Below are positions 8,291 to 17,617 of a stretch of 64,000 nucleotides of DNA, one piece after another; position 1 is the first letter of the stretch, and every line of letters begins with the position of its first letter. Under the pieces are notes generated by a model, which worked only from the letters and a program-made list of their open reading frames with translations, was not told where the DNA came from and ran no database searches. A program made the position numbers and the translations under genes. Location of the stretch: assembly GCA_963774955.1 (NCBI GenBank), contig CAVZGV010000004.1, forward strand, positions 296,716 to 360,715, read 5' to 3'. The stretch comes from Candidatus Falkowbacteria bacterium (GTDB lineage: Bacteria; Patescibacteriota; Patescibacteriia; CAIXNZ01).

Positions 8291-10223
8291 AATTTTAGGC
8301 ATTCAAAAAAAAGAGGAAAAACCCCAGAAAAGGTTAATGCTTGAGTTAACCGTTTTTTTTATTTTGCTGATCCTAATTATTTTGATCGCTACCCCGGTTA
8401 TTGCTTATGAAAAGTTATATAAGGATAAAATCTATTCCGGTGTTTATATTGACGGGATAAATATAGGTGGCCTGGAAAAAAATCAGGCCATTGATGAAGT
8501 AAACCGAAATTACGATAATATCAGAAATAACGGCTTGAGTTTTACTTTTAACAATCAAAATTTTAATCTGCCGATTACCGCTGTTTCACCGACTGATCCT
8601 GACTTGGCTTTTGAAGTTTTTCGCTTTAAGGTGGATGAAATGGTGGATAAGGCTTATTTGTATGGGCGGTCAGGTCGTTGGGATGAGAAATTTAGCCAGC
8701 AGTTGGTGGCCTTATTAAATGGGGCCGAGCTTCCTTTGGAGTATGATTTAAATAATGATGAGCTGATAAAATCCCTGATGGGGCGGTTCAGCCAATTTGA
8801 AAATCCTGCTCAGGATGCCAAAATTACCTTTGGTGATAATGGGGAAATTAAAATTTTACCGGATAATGACGGATTTGTCATCGATTACAACCAGGCAATT
8901 ACTGACTTGAAAAACAATTTTAATCTGATAGCTATTAACAGTATTCAATTGAAAACCAAGCCGGGCCTTGCCCAGGTGCGTAAGGCTGATGCTGAGAAAT
9001 TATTACCGAAGATTAAAGACATTATCGACAGGGAAAAGTTTGTTTTAAAATATCAGCCTTTAACCGACGATGATAAGATTTGGGAAATTAAAAACTCAGA
9101 ATACAGGAATTGGTTGGGTTTTGCCAAGGCCAATGATCAGATTAATGTTGTTTTTGAGGCAAATTTAATCAACGGTAAATTAGATGCTATCGCTCAGGAA
9201 ATCAATGTCGCGCCGCAAGATGCTAAGTTTCAGATGACCGACGGCAAGGTTACTGAGTTTAAGCCGGCTTTGCCGGGCTTGGAGCTTGATAAGGACGTAA
9301 GTTTGGTTCAGCTTAATCAGGGGTTTATTGCGGACAAAAAAACAGAAATCGAATTGGCAGTCAAGGAATCTGCACCAAATAATAAAACAGAAGATTCTAA
9401 TGACCTGGGTATCAAGGAATTAATCGGCAAAGGGGTTTCAGATTTTGCCGGCAGTCACACCAACAGAATTAAAAATATTAAAAATGCCGTCGAGCATCTG
9501 AATGGCTTGATTATTCCGCCGGGAGAATTTTCAACCGTTGACGCAATTGGTGAAGTTAATGCGGCTACTGGTTATTTTCAGGAATACGTGATTAAAGGTG
9601 ACCGGACCATACCCGAGTACGGTGGCGGTTTATGTCAGATAGGGACGACTATGTTTAGAGTAGCTTTATATAGCGGGTTACCAATTACAGAAAGAAGACC
9701 CCACTCATATATTGTTTCTTATTACAAACCAATCGGTATGGACTCGACAATTTATGGGCCGCATCCGGACTTGAAATTTTTAAATGATACTGGCCACAAC
9801 CTTTTATTACAGATAAAAATTGAAGGCACAGAATTAACTTTTGAATTTTGGGGCACTAGTGACGGTCGTAAAGTGGAAATCACTGATCCCGAGTTATATA
9901 ATTGGACCGGTATACCCGCTGACAGGCTGATTGAAAATCCGGCATTAAAGCCCGGTGAAAAGAAGAAAATGGAAACCGGACGTCGTGGCGCTGATTCCCA
10001 TTTTTATCGTTATTTGACCTTACCTAACGGTGAGAAAAAAGAAGAAATTTTCCGCAGTCATTATGTGGCCTGGCCAAATATTTATGAAGTCGGGATTACA
10101 CCCAAACCAGAAGAGCCGCCTGTAGAAACTGGTACTTCAGAGCCTAGTACTTCAGACAGTGCTTCTGCCGGCCAAAGCGGCACAGCCAATACAAATACCA
10201 ATACAAATACCAACTCTCAATAA
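8277..10223 (+). CDS. VanW-family protein (N-terminal TM, PG-binding-like region, VanW domain), low-complexity TN-repeat tail
   Basis: VanW core YGGGLCQIGTTMFRVALYSGLPITERRPHSY; C-terminal TNTNTNTNS. Confidence 0.75.
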   Translation: MKILEILGIQKKEEKPQKRLMLELTVFFILLILIILIATPVIAYEKLYKDKIYSGVYIDGINIGGLEKNQAIDEVNRNYDNIRNNGLSFTFNNQNFNLPITAVSPTDPDLAFEVFRFKVDEMVDKAYLYGRSGRWDEKFSQQLVALLNGAELPLEYDLNNDELIKSLMGRFSQFENPAQDAKITFGDNGEIKILPDNDGFVIDYNQAITDLKNNFNLIAINSIQLKTKPGLAQVRKADAEKLLPKIKDIIDREKFVLKYQPLTDDDKIWEIKNSEYRNWLGFAKANDQINVVFEANLINGKLDAIAQEINVAPQDAKFQMTDGKVTEFKPALPGLELDKDVSLVQLNQGFIADKKTEIELAVKESAPNNKTEDSNDLGIKELIGKGVSDFAGSHTNRIKNIKNAVEHLNGLIIPPGEFSTVDAIGEVNAATGYFQEYVIKGDRTIPEYGGGLCQIGTTMFRVALYSGLPITERRPHSYIVSYYKPIGMDSTIYGPHPDLKFLNDTGHNLLLQIKIEGTELTFEFWGTSDGRKVEITDPELYNWTGIPADRLIENPALKPGEKKKMETGRRGADSHFYRYLTLPNGEKKEEIFRSHYVAWPNIYEVGITPKPEEPPVETGTSEPSTSDSASAGQSGTANTNTNTNTNSQ

Positions 10224-10312
10224 GATCAATGAAAAAAGACAAACCGTCATTCAAAACGGAGTGAAGAATCCAGGACTTCATGGATTCCACGCTGCGCTCT
10301 GAATGGGTATAA

Positions 10313-11365
10313 GGGGTCCAAACTGGTTGGTGAATTAATGATTTTTGAAATGAATATACCAGCTAATGTAATTGTTTCTGTTATCTTTGCTTAATCCTGA
10401 ATGCTGGCGATACAATCTTTTTAAACGAGAAAAATATCCTTCAAGTTTATTCGTTGATTTGGCGATATTCGGATTATCTAAATAATGGAACATGTCGGGC
10501 AAGGCATGAATTACTAAGCTTCTAGTTCTTTGCAAATCACTAAAGACTTTGTGGTTACAGTCGAGTCTTGAAACCGCTTTGCCGAATTTTCTTTCCCACT
10601 TATGAAAATCTGAAATAAATTTATGTTTTTCCGGATAATTGTTAATGTTTGTTACCGCCAGTAATATCTTGCGTAATTGTATCGATGGCTCCAGTTTAGG
10701 ACGCATTCTTAACCAAGATAATCCCTGCCTCTGGATATGAACGATACAGCGCTGTATTACGATATTCGGCCATGCGTCCTTTAAGGCTCTAATTACGCTA
10801 GTATTACCGTCAATTGTAATGGCTGTAGGCTTGATTCCTTTATCTGACAGCTCCTTGAACAGCTCAAGGGCGGCAAAGTAATTTTCACGCCTTAAATACC
10901 TATTTGTGATGATTTGGCCATTGGCATTATTCATTGCCAGCATTAAGCAATTCATGCGGTGGAAATATGTACCATCAAAAAGCAGATATTTTATTCCGGT
11001 TTGTACGTTTAAAGGGCTCGGTAATTTTGCGAGCCAATAACTGATTATTCCCTTAATTGTTTTCCTGCTGTGGTGGCTAATTCCCGAAATTTGCCTGACT
11101 GAATATCCTTCGGCTATCCATAATTTAAACCATTTAAGTTGGCGGTTCAATTTATTCTTTGCATTGCGGAAAACAAACAGTCGATTGCACTTCCCGCACT
11201 TGAATCTTTGCCGTCCGCAATCATTTTGGCCATAAAAAATTACATTATTAGAGGAGCAATCTGGACAAGTTTTTTTTCATAATATTGAACCAGTTTAATA
11301 TTAAGTATCAATTTTAATCTAACCTTAACAGAAATTTTGTCTTTTCACCAACCAGTTTGGGTACC
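10313..11365 (-). mobile_element. IS1595-family (ISXO2-like) insertion sequence, about 1.05 kb
   Basis: Terminal inverted repeats: ccaaactggttggtgaa at 10318-10334 pairs with ttcaccaaccagtttgg at 11344-11360, a 17/17 match. They flank a single DDE transposase gene. Confidence 0.65.
10335..11150 (-). CDS. IS1595/ISXO2-like DDE transposase
   Basis: Motifs LFDGTYF, ITIDGNTSV, QRCIVHIQRQ and STNKLEGYFSRLKR match H...TNxxEgfwsxLKR. An in-frame upstream extension to about 11240 with no ATG encodes a Cys-rich zinc ribbon (DCGRQRFKCGKCNRLF), so the real N-terminus is probably upstream of the annotated M. Confidence 0.65.
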   Translation of the reverse strand: MNRQLKWFKLWIAEGYSVRQISGISHHSRKTIKGIISYWLAKLPSPLNVQTGIKYLLFDGTYFHRMNCLMLAMNNANGQIITNRYLRRENYFAALELFKELSDKGIKPTAITIDGNTSVIRALKDAWPNIVIQRCIVHIQRQGLSWLRMRPKLEPSIQLRKILLAVTNINNYPEKHKFISDFHKWERKFGKAVSRLDCNHKVFSDLQRTRSLVIHALPDMFHYLDNPNIAKSTNKLEGYFSRLKRLYRQHSGLSKDNRNNYISWYIHFKNH

Positions 11366-11470
11366 ATTTACCCTGAATGACAACCTGACGGTTTGTCTTT
11401 TTTTGTTTATTGACATATTTAATTTTTATGCTAAGCTGGAGTCAAACATTGAACAAAGGAGGAACGAATC

Positions 11471-11779
11471 ATGGCCCACAATGTCAGTAAGACAATTCTT
11501 CATGAAGCCAAAAGCCCTCAGGAACTGCTGGAGTTCCTGGCCGAGCACGCTGCCCGGTATCAGGCGGAAACGGAAATCGAGCATCCCGCCTATCAACTGC
11601 AATTGCTGATTGAGTTTCATGAAAAAACCGGCTACTGGATCCTTTATTCCCAGCGGGTCTTGAAGCCAGACTTCGGCGGCCAGGTCTATCAGGAGCAGAC
11701 AAGGGAACACCTGTTCGCCGTCCACGAAGCTTCAGTCAAACGCGGCCAGGATATGGCCAAAGTTCCGGACACTCTCTAA
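11471..11779 (+). CDS. hypothetical protein (102 aa), GC-rich coding sequence
   Basis: SD CAAAGGAGGA; strong terminator 11798-11830 (gcccccg / cgggggc + T-run). Codon usage is GC-biased relative to the neighbours. Confidence 0.5.
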   Translation: MAHNVSKTILHEAKSPQELLEFLAEHAARYQAETEIEHPAYQLQLLIEFHEKTGYWILYSQRVLKPDFGGQVYQEQTREHLFAVHEASVKRGQDMAKVPDTL

Positions 11780-11831
11780 CCAGAATCACAAAAATCACAG
11801 CCCCCGGGTTTTTTCTCGGGGGCTTTTTTAT

Positions 11832-12602
11832 TTATTTTTTATACTCTTTCGACCCCAGCCACAAGCCTTCAAACATGGCTTTAAAGAAGTCATTGATTTC
11901 CTTGGACTGAATCAGGATGGCTGAGAGTTCATCCAGGGAGGAGATTATGGCGACTTTATCGTCAAAGATGATCATGACTGATTGGAAATGGCCTTGCATA
12001 ATTTCAGGCAAATAGCGGGGATTGCGGTCTTTGATTTCTTCGGGTGTCAGGCTGCGGCGGCCGGGGTTGTTTTCCCAAAGCGAGCGGGCCGTGATCTGGC
12101 GGGTTTGACGGGTTTGGATGAAATAGTCCGCGTATTTTTTATCAAATTCCGAAAAGAAATTTTTATTGGGCGCGATAATATCCCAGTGCCGGGATTTGCA
12201 ATATAAGGCCTGTTCCACCACCAGCTTAATGCCGCTGATGCCTTCATAATGTAAAACATTAGCCTGGCCTAATTGCCGGGCATTTTTGGGTTGCAGCAAG
12301 GGCAGGACCTGGTCCAGTTCTTTTTGCTGGTCCTGCAAGACCTGAATCTGGCTGGTAATCAGGCGTTTGATGTCTTTGGGCTCGGTCATGATAAAAGCCA
12401 GACGGTTGGCCGTGCCTTTATTGGCGACCAGGCCTTTGTGCATTAGAGTGTTTAAAGCGTGGTAAATAGTAGTGCGCTTAATACCCGTGATTTTTTCCAG
12501 TTCCTTGACCCCGATACTGGGAAAATCCAAGCCGGCCAAGTAAATCGTGGTTTCAGTGGCGGTTAAGCCAAGGCTTTTTAAGATAGTCGTTATTTGATCC
12601 AT
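11832..12602 (-). CDS. TrmB-family HTH transcriptional regulator (second paralog)
   Basis: N-terminal LGLTATETTIYLAGLDFPSIGVKELEKITGIKRTTIYHALNTLMHKGLV. Confidence 0.7.
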   Translation of the reverse strand: MDQITTILKSLGLTATETTIYLAGLDFPSIGVKELEKITGIKRTTIYHALNTLMHKGLVANKGTANRLAFIMTEPKDIKRLITSQIQVLQDQQKELDQVLPLLQPKNARQLGQANVLHYEGISGIKLVVEQALYCKSRHWDIIAPNKNFFSEFDKKYADYFIQTRQTRQITARSLWENNPGRRSLTPEEIKDRNPRYLPEIMQGHFQSVMIIFDDKVAIISSLDELSAILIQSKEINDFFKAMFEGLWLGSKEYKK

Positions 12603-12861
12603 ATACTTAAATTTAGCTCATATATTTATTTTTGTCAATGATATGTTGAAAATTAAAATTGCTAATTTTAGCATAAAATAATCTTTGTCATTCAATGGTT
12701 ATAAACACGTATTGTAAGCAGGTCAGGGATTTTATATATTTTAAGCAGTAAAACTGGAACCTTGACAATTCAACCCAATACGCCTATGCTTAGAAGAATA
12801 TTAAATTGTTTGAAGGCCCGCCTTCGCTCCTACGGAGCTTCGGCGGGCAAGGAGGAAATCA

Positions 12862-13739
12862 TGAAGAAAATCGACTTTCACGCCCATACTTCGGATCATA
12901 AGCTTTGGGGTCTGCACACGCAGACTGCCACGATTTCTGATTTGGTGAAACTGGCCGCCAAATACGATTTGCATAAAATCGTTTTGCTGGCCACATATTT
13001 TCCCTTCAAAGGCAGCGGTCTAAAAAATCAAGAATTGTTGGAACGTATTACTGGTAATCCGCTTTTCTGCATGTTCGGCAGTTTGGATGTTCAAAATAAT
13101 TTTGAACAGGGTTTGCAGGAATTGCGGGAACTGGCAGCGCAAGGGAAAATCTGCGGGCTTAAATTGTATCCTGGCTATCAGGTTTTTTCTCCATCTGACC
13201 CGAAAGTTTTTCCGGTCTATGAACTGGCCAGGGAGTTTGATTTGCCGGTCATGTTTCATGGCGGCGAACTGCATCATTGTTGCCAAAAGGAAGATCGGCA
13301 AAAAGGTCTTTTCCGTTGCGGCCAGGCTTGCAAGATTGATCAGTTGGGACATTTGTCTCAGCCGCAATCTTTTGAGGGCGCGATTAAAAATTTTCCGTCA
13401 GTCAATTTCATCATCAGCCATCTGGCTAATCCCTATTTTGATGACCTAAGGCGGTTGATGAACCTTTACCCTAATATCTTCACGGACATATCCGGCCAGT
13501 TTTTGTCAGGCACTGACGAAGCCAGTTCGGCTTATCAGCAAATGGTGGTCGGTGAAATTAATAAATTTCTGCAAGTGTCCAATGGCCCTGACAGGTTATT
13601 GTTCGGCACTGATTGGCCCATCCAATCATATGACGACTCAATCAGACTGATTGAGTCGCTTAACCTCAGTGCAGCGGACCAAAATAAAATTTATTTTGCC
13701 AATGCTGCCAAACTTCTTAAACAAGCCCTCCTTCGCTAA
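12862..13739 (+). CDS. amidohydrolase-2 / TIM-barrel metal-dependent hydrolase family protein
   Basis: MKKIDFHAHT start preceded by GGAGG. The six-frame ORF starts at 12762, but that upstream part translates a conserved hairpin repeat. Confidence 0.65.
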
Positions 13740-13768
13740 AGCTACGGAGGGCAAAGGGAGGATTAGTC

Positions 13769-14432
13769 ATGAACAAAAAAGTATTGGTCACAGCAGGCTC
13801 GACCAGGGTTAGGATTGATCAGGTTCGGGTAATTTCCAATATCTTTAAAGGCACAACCGGTACGCAAATCGCCGCTTACTTTCAGAGATCAGGGCGATAG
13901 CGTAACTTTAATCACTTCCAACCCCAAACTGGCGGCGACTTTAAAGGTCTCTAAAGTTGATGATTATCGCACCTTTGATGAACTGGCTGACCTGATGGAA
14001 TCTTATATCACTGAACGTGATTTTGATGTCATCATTCACTCAGCTGCAGTCAGTGATTACAAAGTTACCGGCCTCTTTACCCGTGAATTTCCTGAAGGGG
14101 AACTTATCAGCGTGGATAATTCCGCCAAAGTTTCTTCTGCTCATGAGGAGTTATTTCTCAAGCTGTCACCGACTTCCAAACTTATTGATCAGATCCGTCA
14201 GCCCTGGAATTTTCAGGGCGTGCTGGTCAAATTCAAACTGCAGGTCGGCATGACCGACTGGAATCTGATTGATCTGGCCAGAGATAGCCTGCACTATTCC
14301 CATGCCGATCTTATCGTGGCCAATTGCCTGGAATGGGCTCGGGAATATGCTTATATCCTGGATAAAAAAAACAACGTCAAACAAGTAGACCGCGCTGATT
14401 TGGCGGCTGAGCTGTACAGGAGGACCAGATGA
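13769..14432 (+). pseudogene. coaB: phosphopantothenate-cysteine ligase CoaB (DFP domain), interrupted by a +1 frameshift near 13895
   Basis: Frame 1 reads MNKKVLVTAGSTRVRIDQVRVISNIFKGTTGTQIAAYFQRSGR* and stops at 13898-13900. Frame 2 continues DSVTLITSNPKLAAT...DVIIHSAAVSDYKV. CoaB homology is continuous across the two frames. Confidence 0.6.
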
Positions 14433-16183
14433 AAATTTTGCTGGGTGTAACATCTAGCGTGGCTGCCAAGCTGACTCCCAAACTGGTTAAGCTTTTGCTT
14501 AAACAGGGCCATATGGTTCAGGTGGTGGCCACGGAAAAATCTTTGTATTTCTGGCAACAGGAACAGCTGGAAATTCCGGTGGTGACTGAAGCTGATGAAT
14601 GGCCGGGTACTCAGTATGATCAGGACGCTCCCATTGCTCACATTGCTTTGCGGGAATGGGCTGATTTGATGCTGATTGCTCCGCTGACTGCCAATACTCT
14701 GGCCAAAATGGCCAATGGTCTGTGTGACAATTTGCTGTCCAGTATTGTCCGCTCCTGGGATCCACAAAAACCAGTCGTGATCGCGCCGGCCATGAACACT
14801 AAAATGTGGGAGCATCCGCTGACAGCTGAACAGCTGAAAAAGCTGGGTGAGTGGTATCCGCTTTCCGTTGTCCAGCCGATTGCTAAAAAATTAGCTTGCG
14901 GTGATTACGGACTTGGCGCCATGGCTGATTTGGACACGATCGTTCAGACAGTACAGGACGTCATCAATTCACTAAAGCAAAAAAAACAAGAACCCAAGAG
15001 CCCCAAAAAAATCACGGTCATCGGCGGTCCCATCAGCCAGGCCATTGATCCGGTGCTGAACCTTGTGCCGAGTGGCAGAGGTGAGCTGGCACATAAGATT
15101 GCCCTGGAATTTGAGCGACAATTTACTGATGTTGATCGCCTGGGTAATTTTGAGCAGAGCAAAAAGTGCGACTACGTTGATCTGGAGCAGGAAGTCATTA
15201 ATCTCAAGAGCGACGTGGTAATTTTCCTGCCCCATATTGCCAATGTCCTGGTGGACAAGCAGGCGACCAAGATTCGGGTGGCTGAAGGCGAGGAATCTGG
15301 TATCAAAGTTATCAGCGCGCCCAAGCTGGTCAATCTGGTCAAACAGTTTCATCCTGAAGTTCTGCTGGTTCCGTTCAAACTTGCAGAACAGGATATGGGC
15401 AAGGCGAAAATCGTTAAATGGATGTTGGAAGCCCATGCGGCTCTGGCGGTTTATTCCCGGCTGGGCAATTCCAAGTCATTCTGGATCATTGATGCTCTGG
15501 GAAATGAAACGCCCGTGGCCAAAGCTGATTTACCGGTTGAACTGGTTGCTCAGGTCCAAAAATATCTGCAGGCCATCAGACGCCGCAGTGTAAAAAAAGG
15601 CGAAGCCGTGCCACCGGTACCGCATCTTGAGGACTGGGTGAATTTTTCCCGGCAGATGCAGCCGGCTTTTAGCCAGATCATGGAACGAAATGTGGCTACT
15701 GGTCGCTGGCCAGGAAATTTTTCTTTCCGTTGCACGCACGGCTTTATGTCTGAACGTTGCGAGCAGGGCTTTGTCATCACCAAACGCAACGTGGCCAAAA
15801 GCGGTTTACAGCCTGATGACTTTGTCTTGGTCAATTTGGAACTGGAAGACGAGCAATTGTCTTATCAGGCTAAAGGCGAAGCCAAGCCCAGCATTGACGC
15901 GCCGATTCACCGTTTGATTTACGAAAAATTAAGTTGGGTCAAAAGCATTGTCCATGGCCATTTGCACATTGTTCTACCTCCGGAAGCTGATGTCATGCTC
16001 GAACAATGGCCTTGCGGTGCGGAAAACGAAGCCATCGAGCTTCTGGAAATCGCGCCACAGGAAAAAAGTCCTTTGTGGGTAGTTAATGTTACCGGCCACG
16101 GTTTCATTGCCCTCATCGGTGATGAAGATCCGTCTGCTTCTTTGGAGGAGCTAAGCCGGCTTGATTACAAAGTTACCTATTAA
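14429..16183 (+). CDS. fusion protein: phosphopantothenoylcysteine decarboxylase flavoprotein (CoaC) + CoaB-like domain + class II aldolase/adducin-like domain
   Basis: N-terminal flavoprotein (LLGVTSSVAAKL...PAMNTKMWEHP). Middle VIGGPISQAIDPVLNLVPSGRGELAHKIA matches the CoaB signature. C-terminal ITKRNVAKSGLQPDDFVLVNLE...KPSIDAPIHRLIY is aldolase class II-like. Confidence 0.65.
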   Translation: MKILLGVTSSVAAKLTPKLVKLLLKQGHMVQVVATEKSLYFWQQEQLEIPVVTEADEWPGTQYDQDAPIAHIALREWADLMLIAPLTANTLAKMANGLCDNLLSSIVRSWDPQKPVVIAPAMNTKMWEHPLTAEQLKKLGEWYPLSVVQPIAKKLACGDYGLGAMADLDTIVQTVQDVINSLKQKKQEPKSPKKITVIGGPISQAIDPVLNLVPSGRGELAHKIALEFERQFTDVDRLGNFEQSKKCDYVDLEQEVINLKSDVVIFLPHIANVLVDKQATKIRVAEGEESGIKVISAPKLVNLVKQFHPEVLLVPFKLAEQDMGKAKIVKWMLEAHAALAVYSRLGNSKSFWIIDALGNETPVAKADLPVELVAQVQKYLQAIRRRSVKKGEAVPPVPHLEDWVNFSRQMQPAFSQIMERNVATGRWPGNFSFRCTHGFMSERCEQGFVITKRNVAKSGLQPDDFVLVNLELEDEQLSYQAKGEAKPSIDAPIHRLIYEKLSWVKSIVHGHLHIVLPPEADVMLEQWPCGAENEAIELLEIAPQEKSPLWVVNVTGHGFIALIGDEDPSASLEELSRLDYKVTY

Positions 16184-16188
16184 CAACA

Positions 16189-16218
16189 AAGCCGTTCCGC
16201 GTTGCGGAACGGCTTTTT
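16189..16218 (+). terminator. rho-independent terminator
   Basis: gccgttccgc gtt gcggaacggc followed by ttttt. Confidence 0.6.
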
Positions 16219-16339
16219 AAAATTGCCGAAAACGGCAACGTTTACATAAAGTAGAGACGAGGTTAACCGCGTCTCTACCGTCCATTTACATAAAATACAG
16301 CCGTTTTCGTGGTTCCGGTCGGTTTTTTTACGCTAACTA

Positions 16340-16369
16340 TTGACAAAAAGTTTTAAATGTGCTATTATA
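16340..16369 (+). promoter_or_regulatory. consensus sigma70 promoter (TTGACA-18-TATTAT), promoter module copy 1
   Basis: ctaactattgacaaaaagt...gctattat; a near-identical copy is at 16791-16819. Confidence 0.55.
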
Positions 16370-16427
16370 TAGATACAAAAATAAGCGTCTGAACTTTTAA
16401 CTGCAACCTTTTCAAAGGAGGATACAT

Positions 16428-16697
16428 ATGTATACTCAGAGCAACTCGCAGACTTACGAACCCCCGACCATGCCCGGCAACTGGGAGCCGGAGGACCTCG
16501 CGCTGATGGATGCCGAGGAAGCTTCCTTTCCCTGCGATGAAGACGAAGCAGAATATGAAGAGGAAGAGCGTCAGGCCTTGGAGCGGCAGCGCCTGGAGGC
16601 CATCTACCAGGAGGATATCCTGGAGGCCTTCGCAGACCGCGATTGGCAGCATCAGTTGAGTGTGGCGTTTCTCGCCTCCCTCGACCCAGCGTACTAA
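16428..16697 (+). CDS. highly acidic small hypothetical protein (89 aa), GC-rich
   Basis: SD CAAAGGAGGA; D/E-rich; terminator 16711-16745. Confidence 0.5.
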   Translation: MYTQSNSQTYEPPTMPGNWEPEDLALMDAEEASFPCDEDEAEYEEEERQALERQRLEAIYQEDILEAFADRDWQHQLSVAFLASLDPAY

Positions 16698-16790
16698 AAA
16701 AATACCCTCACACCCCGGGAGACTTTTATCCCGGGTTTTTTATTTGTAAGCCATTTTCAGCGTTTATTTGAGGTTATTTCCCCCTAACTA

Positions 16791-16819
16791 TTGACAAAAA
16801 GTGAAATATATGCTATTAT
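16791..16819 (+). promoter_or_regulatory. consensus sigma70 promoter, promoter module copy 2
   Basis: ctaactattgacaaaaagt-N9-tgctattat, identical core to copy 1. Confidence 0.55.
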
Positions 16820-16876
16820 GTAATGATGTGTCTTTTTTAGGATTGATTGTTTTTACCACTATAACCAAGGAGGAAT

Positions 16877-17617
16877 GTGATGTCGAGTACTGAGGATAAT
16901 GGTGTTAAAGTGGAAACTACGGACAATGTTCATCATCATTTCGAAGATCCGCTGGGAGTTTTCGACGGCTATGGCGAATACGACGATCGTTATTTTGATG
17001 AAGAAGAAGACTGGTGCGATGAGGAGGATCGTCCACGGGAAGAAGATTCTATGGGGATTTTCGCCGGCTACGGCGAATTCGACGATCATTACTTTGCCGA
17101 GCCGCCCATGTGCAAATGGGAAGACGGCGACGATTTCCGTGACGAATGGCTGTACGGCGACGACTTTCCCACCCCGGCCAGATTTGCGGGCCTTGAAGTT
17201 CCTCCTCCCAAAACACGGTGTACCATCAACTTTGCGGAGGAGATAAAGACATCGCGAAATCGCCTTTGGCGAAAGCGTTGCCTCGGCAAGAATCCGAGGT
17301 ACAAATGCAAGCGCCAGGGCAAGCGGTTTTCCACCATCCTGCATGCTCATGTTGAGCTGACTCGGGAGGAGTGGTTCCTCTATGACCAGATGAACGCGCA
17401 GGAGCAGTCCTTCAGGGATCGAATGGAGGACGAGAATGAGAGCTTCGACGAGGACATGAGGAGTCTCAACCAAGATCTGGCCACCATTCAGCAGATGATA
17501 GCTGAAATGTGGGCAGACCGTATTCCCCGCTGGTTGATCGAGCTCCAGACCGAAATCGAGATCAAGATGTACGAGCGTCAACAGGAGTTCAATGAGCGGT
17601 ACCAAATGGCCGCCTAA
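16877..17617 (+). CDS. acidic hypothetical protein (246 aa) with an internal duplicated GxFxGYGE(Y/F)DDxYF motif, basic Cys-containing middle and coiled-coil C-terminus
   Basis: SD CCAAGGAGGA; GC-rich codon usage; terminator 17632-17665 (cccccggg / ccggggg). Confidence 0.55.
   Translation: MMSSTEDNGVKVETTDNVHHHFEDPLGVFDGYGEYDDRYFDEEEDWCDEEDRPREEDSMGIFAGYGEFDDHYFAEPPMCKWEDGDDFRDEWLYGDDFPTPARFAGLEVPPPKTRCTINFAEEIKTSRNRLWRKRCLGKNPRYKCKRQGKRFSTILHAHVELTREEWFLYDQMNAQEQSFRDRMEDENESFDEDMRSLNQDLATIQQMIAEMWADRIPRWLIELQTEIEIKMYERQQEFNERYQMAA

Noticed and set aside
10298-11379. Target-site duplication for the IS1595-like element
   Set aside because: A ctgaatg heptamer occurs about 8 bp outside each inverted repeat, but it is not directly abutting. 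It is not a clean 8 bp duplication, so it is left unclaimed.
12762-12861. N-terminal 33 aa of the six-frame ORF 12762..13739
   Set aside because: This stretch translates the REP-like hairpin (RLRSYGASAGKEE). A strong SD (GGAGG) precedes the internal ATG at 12862, so the shorter start was taken.
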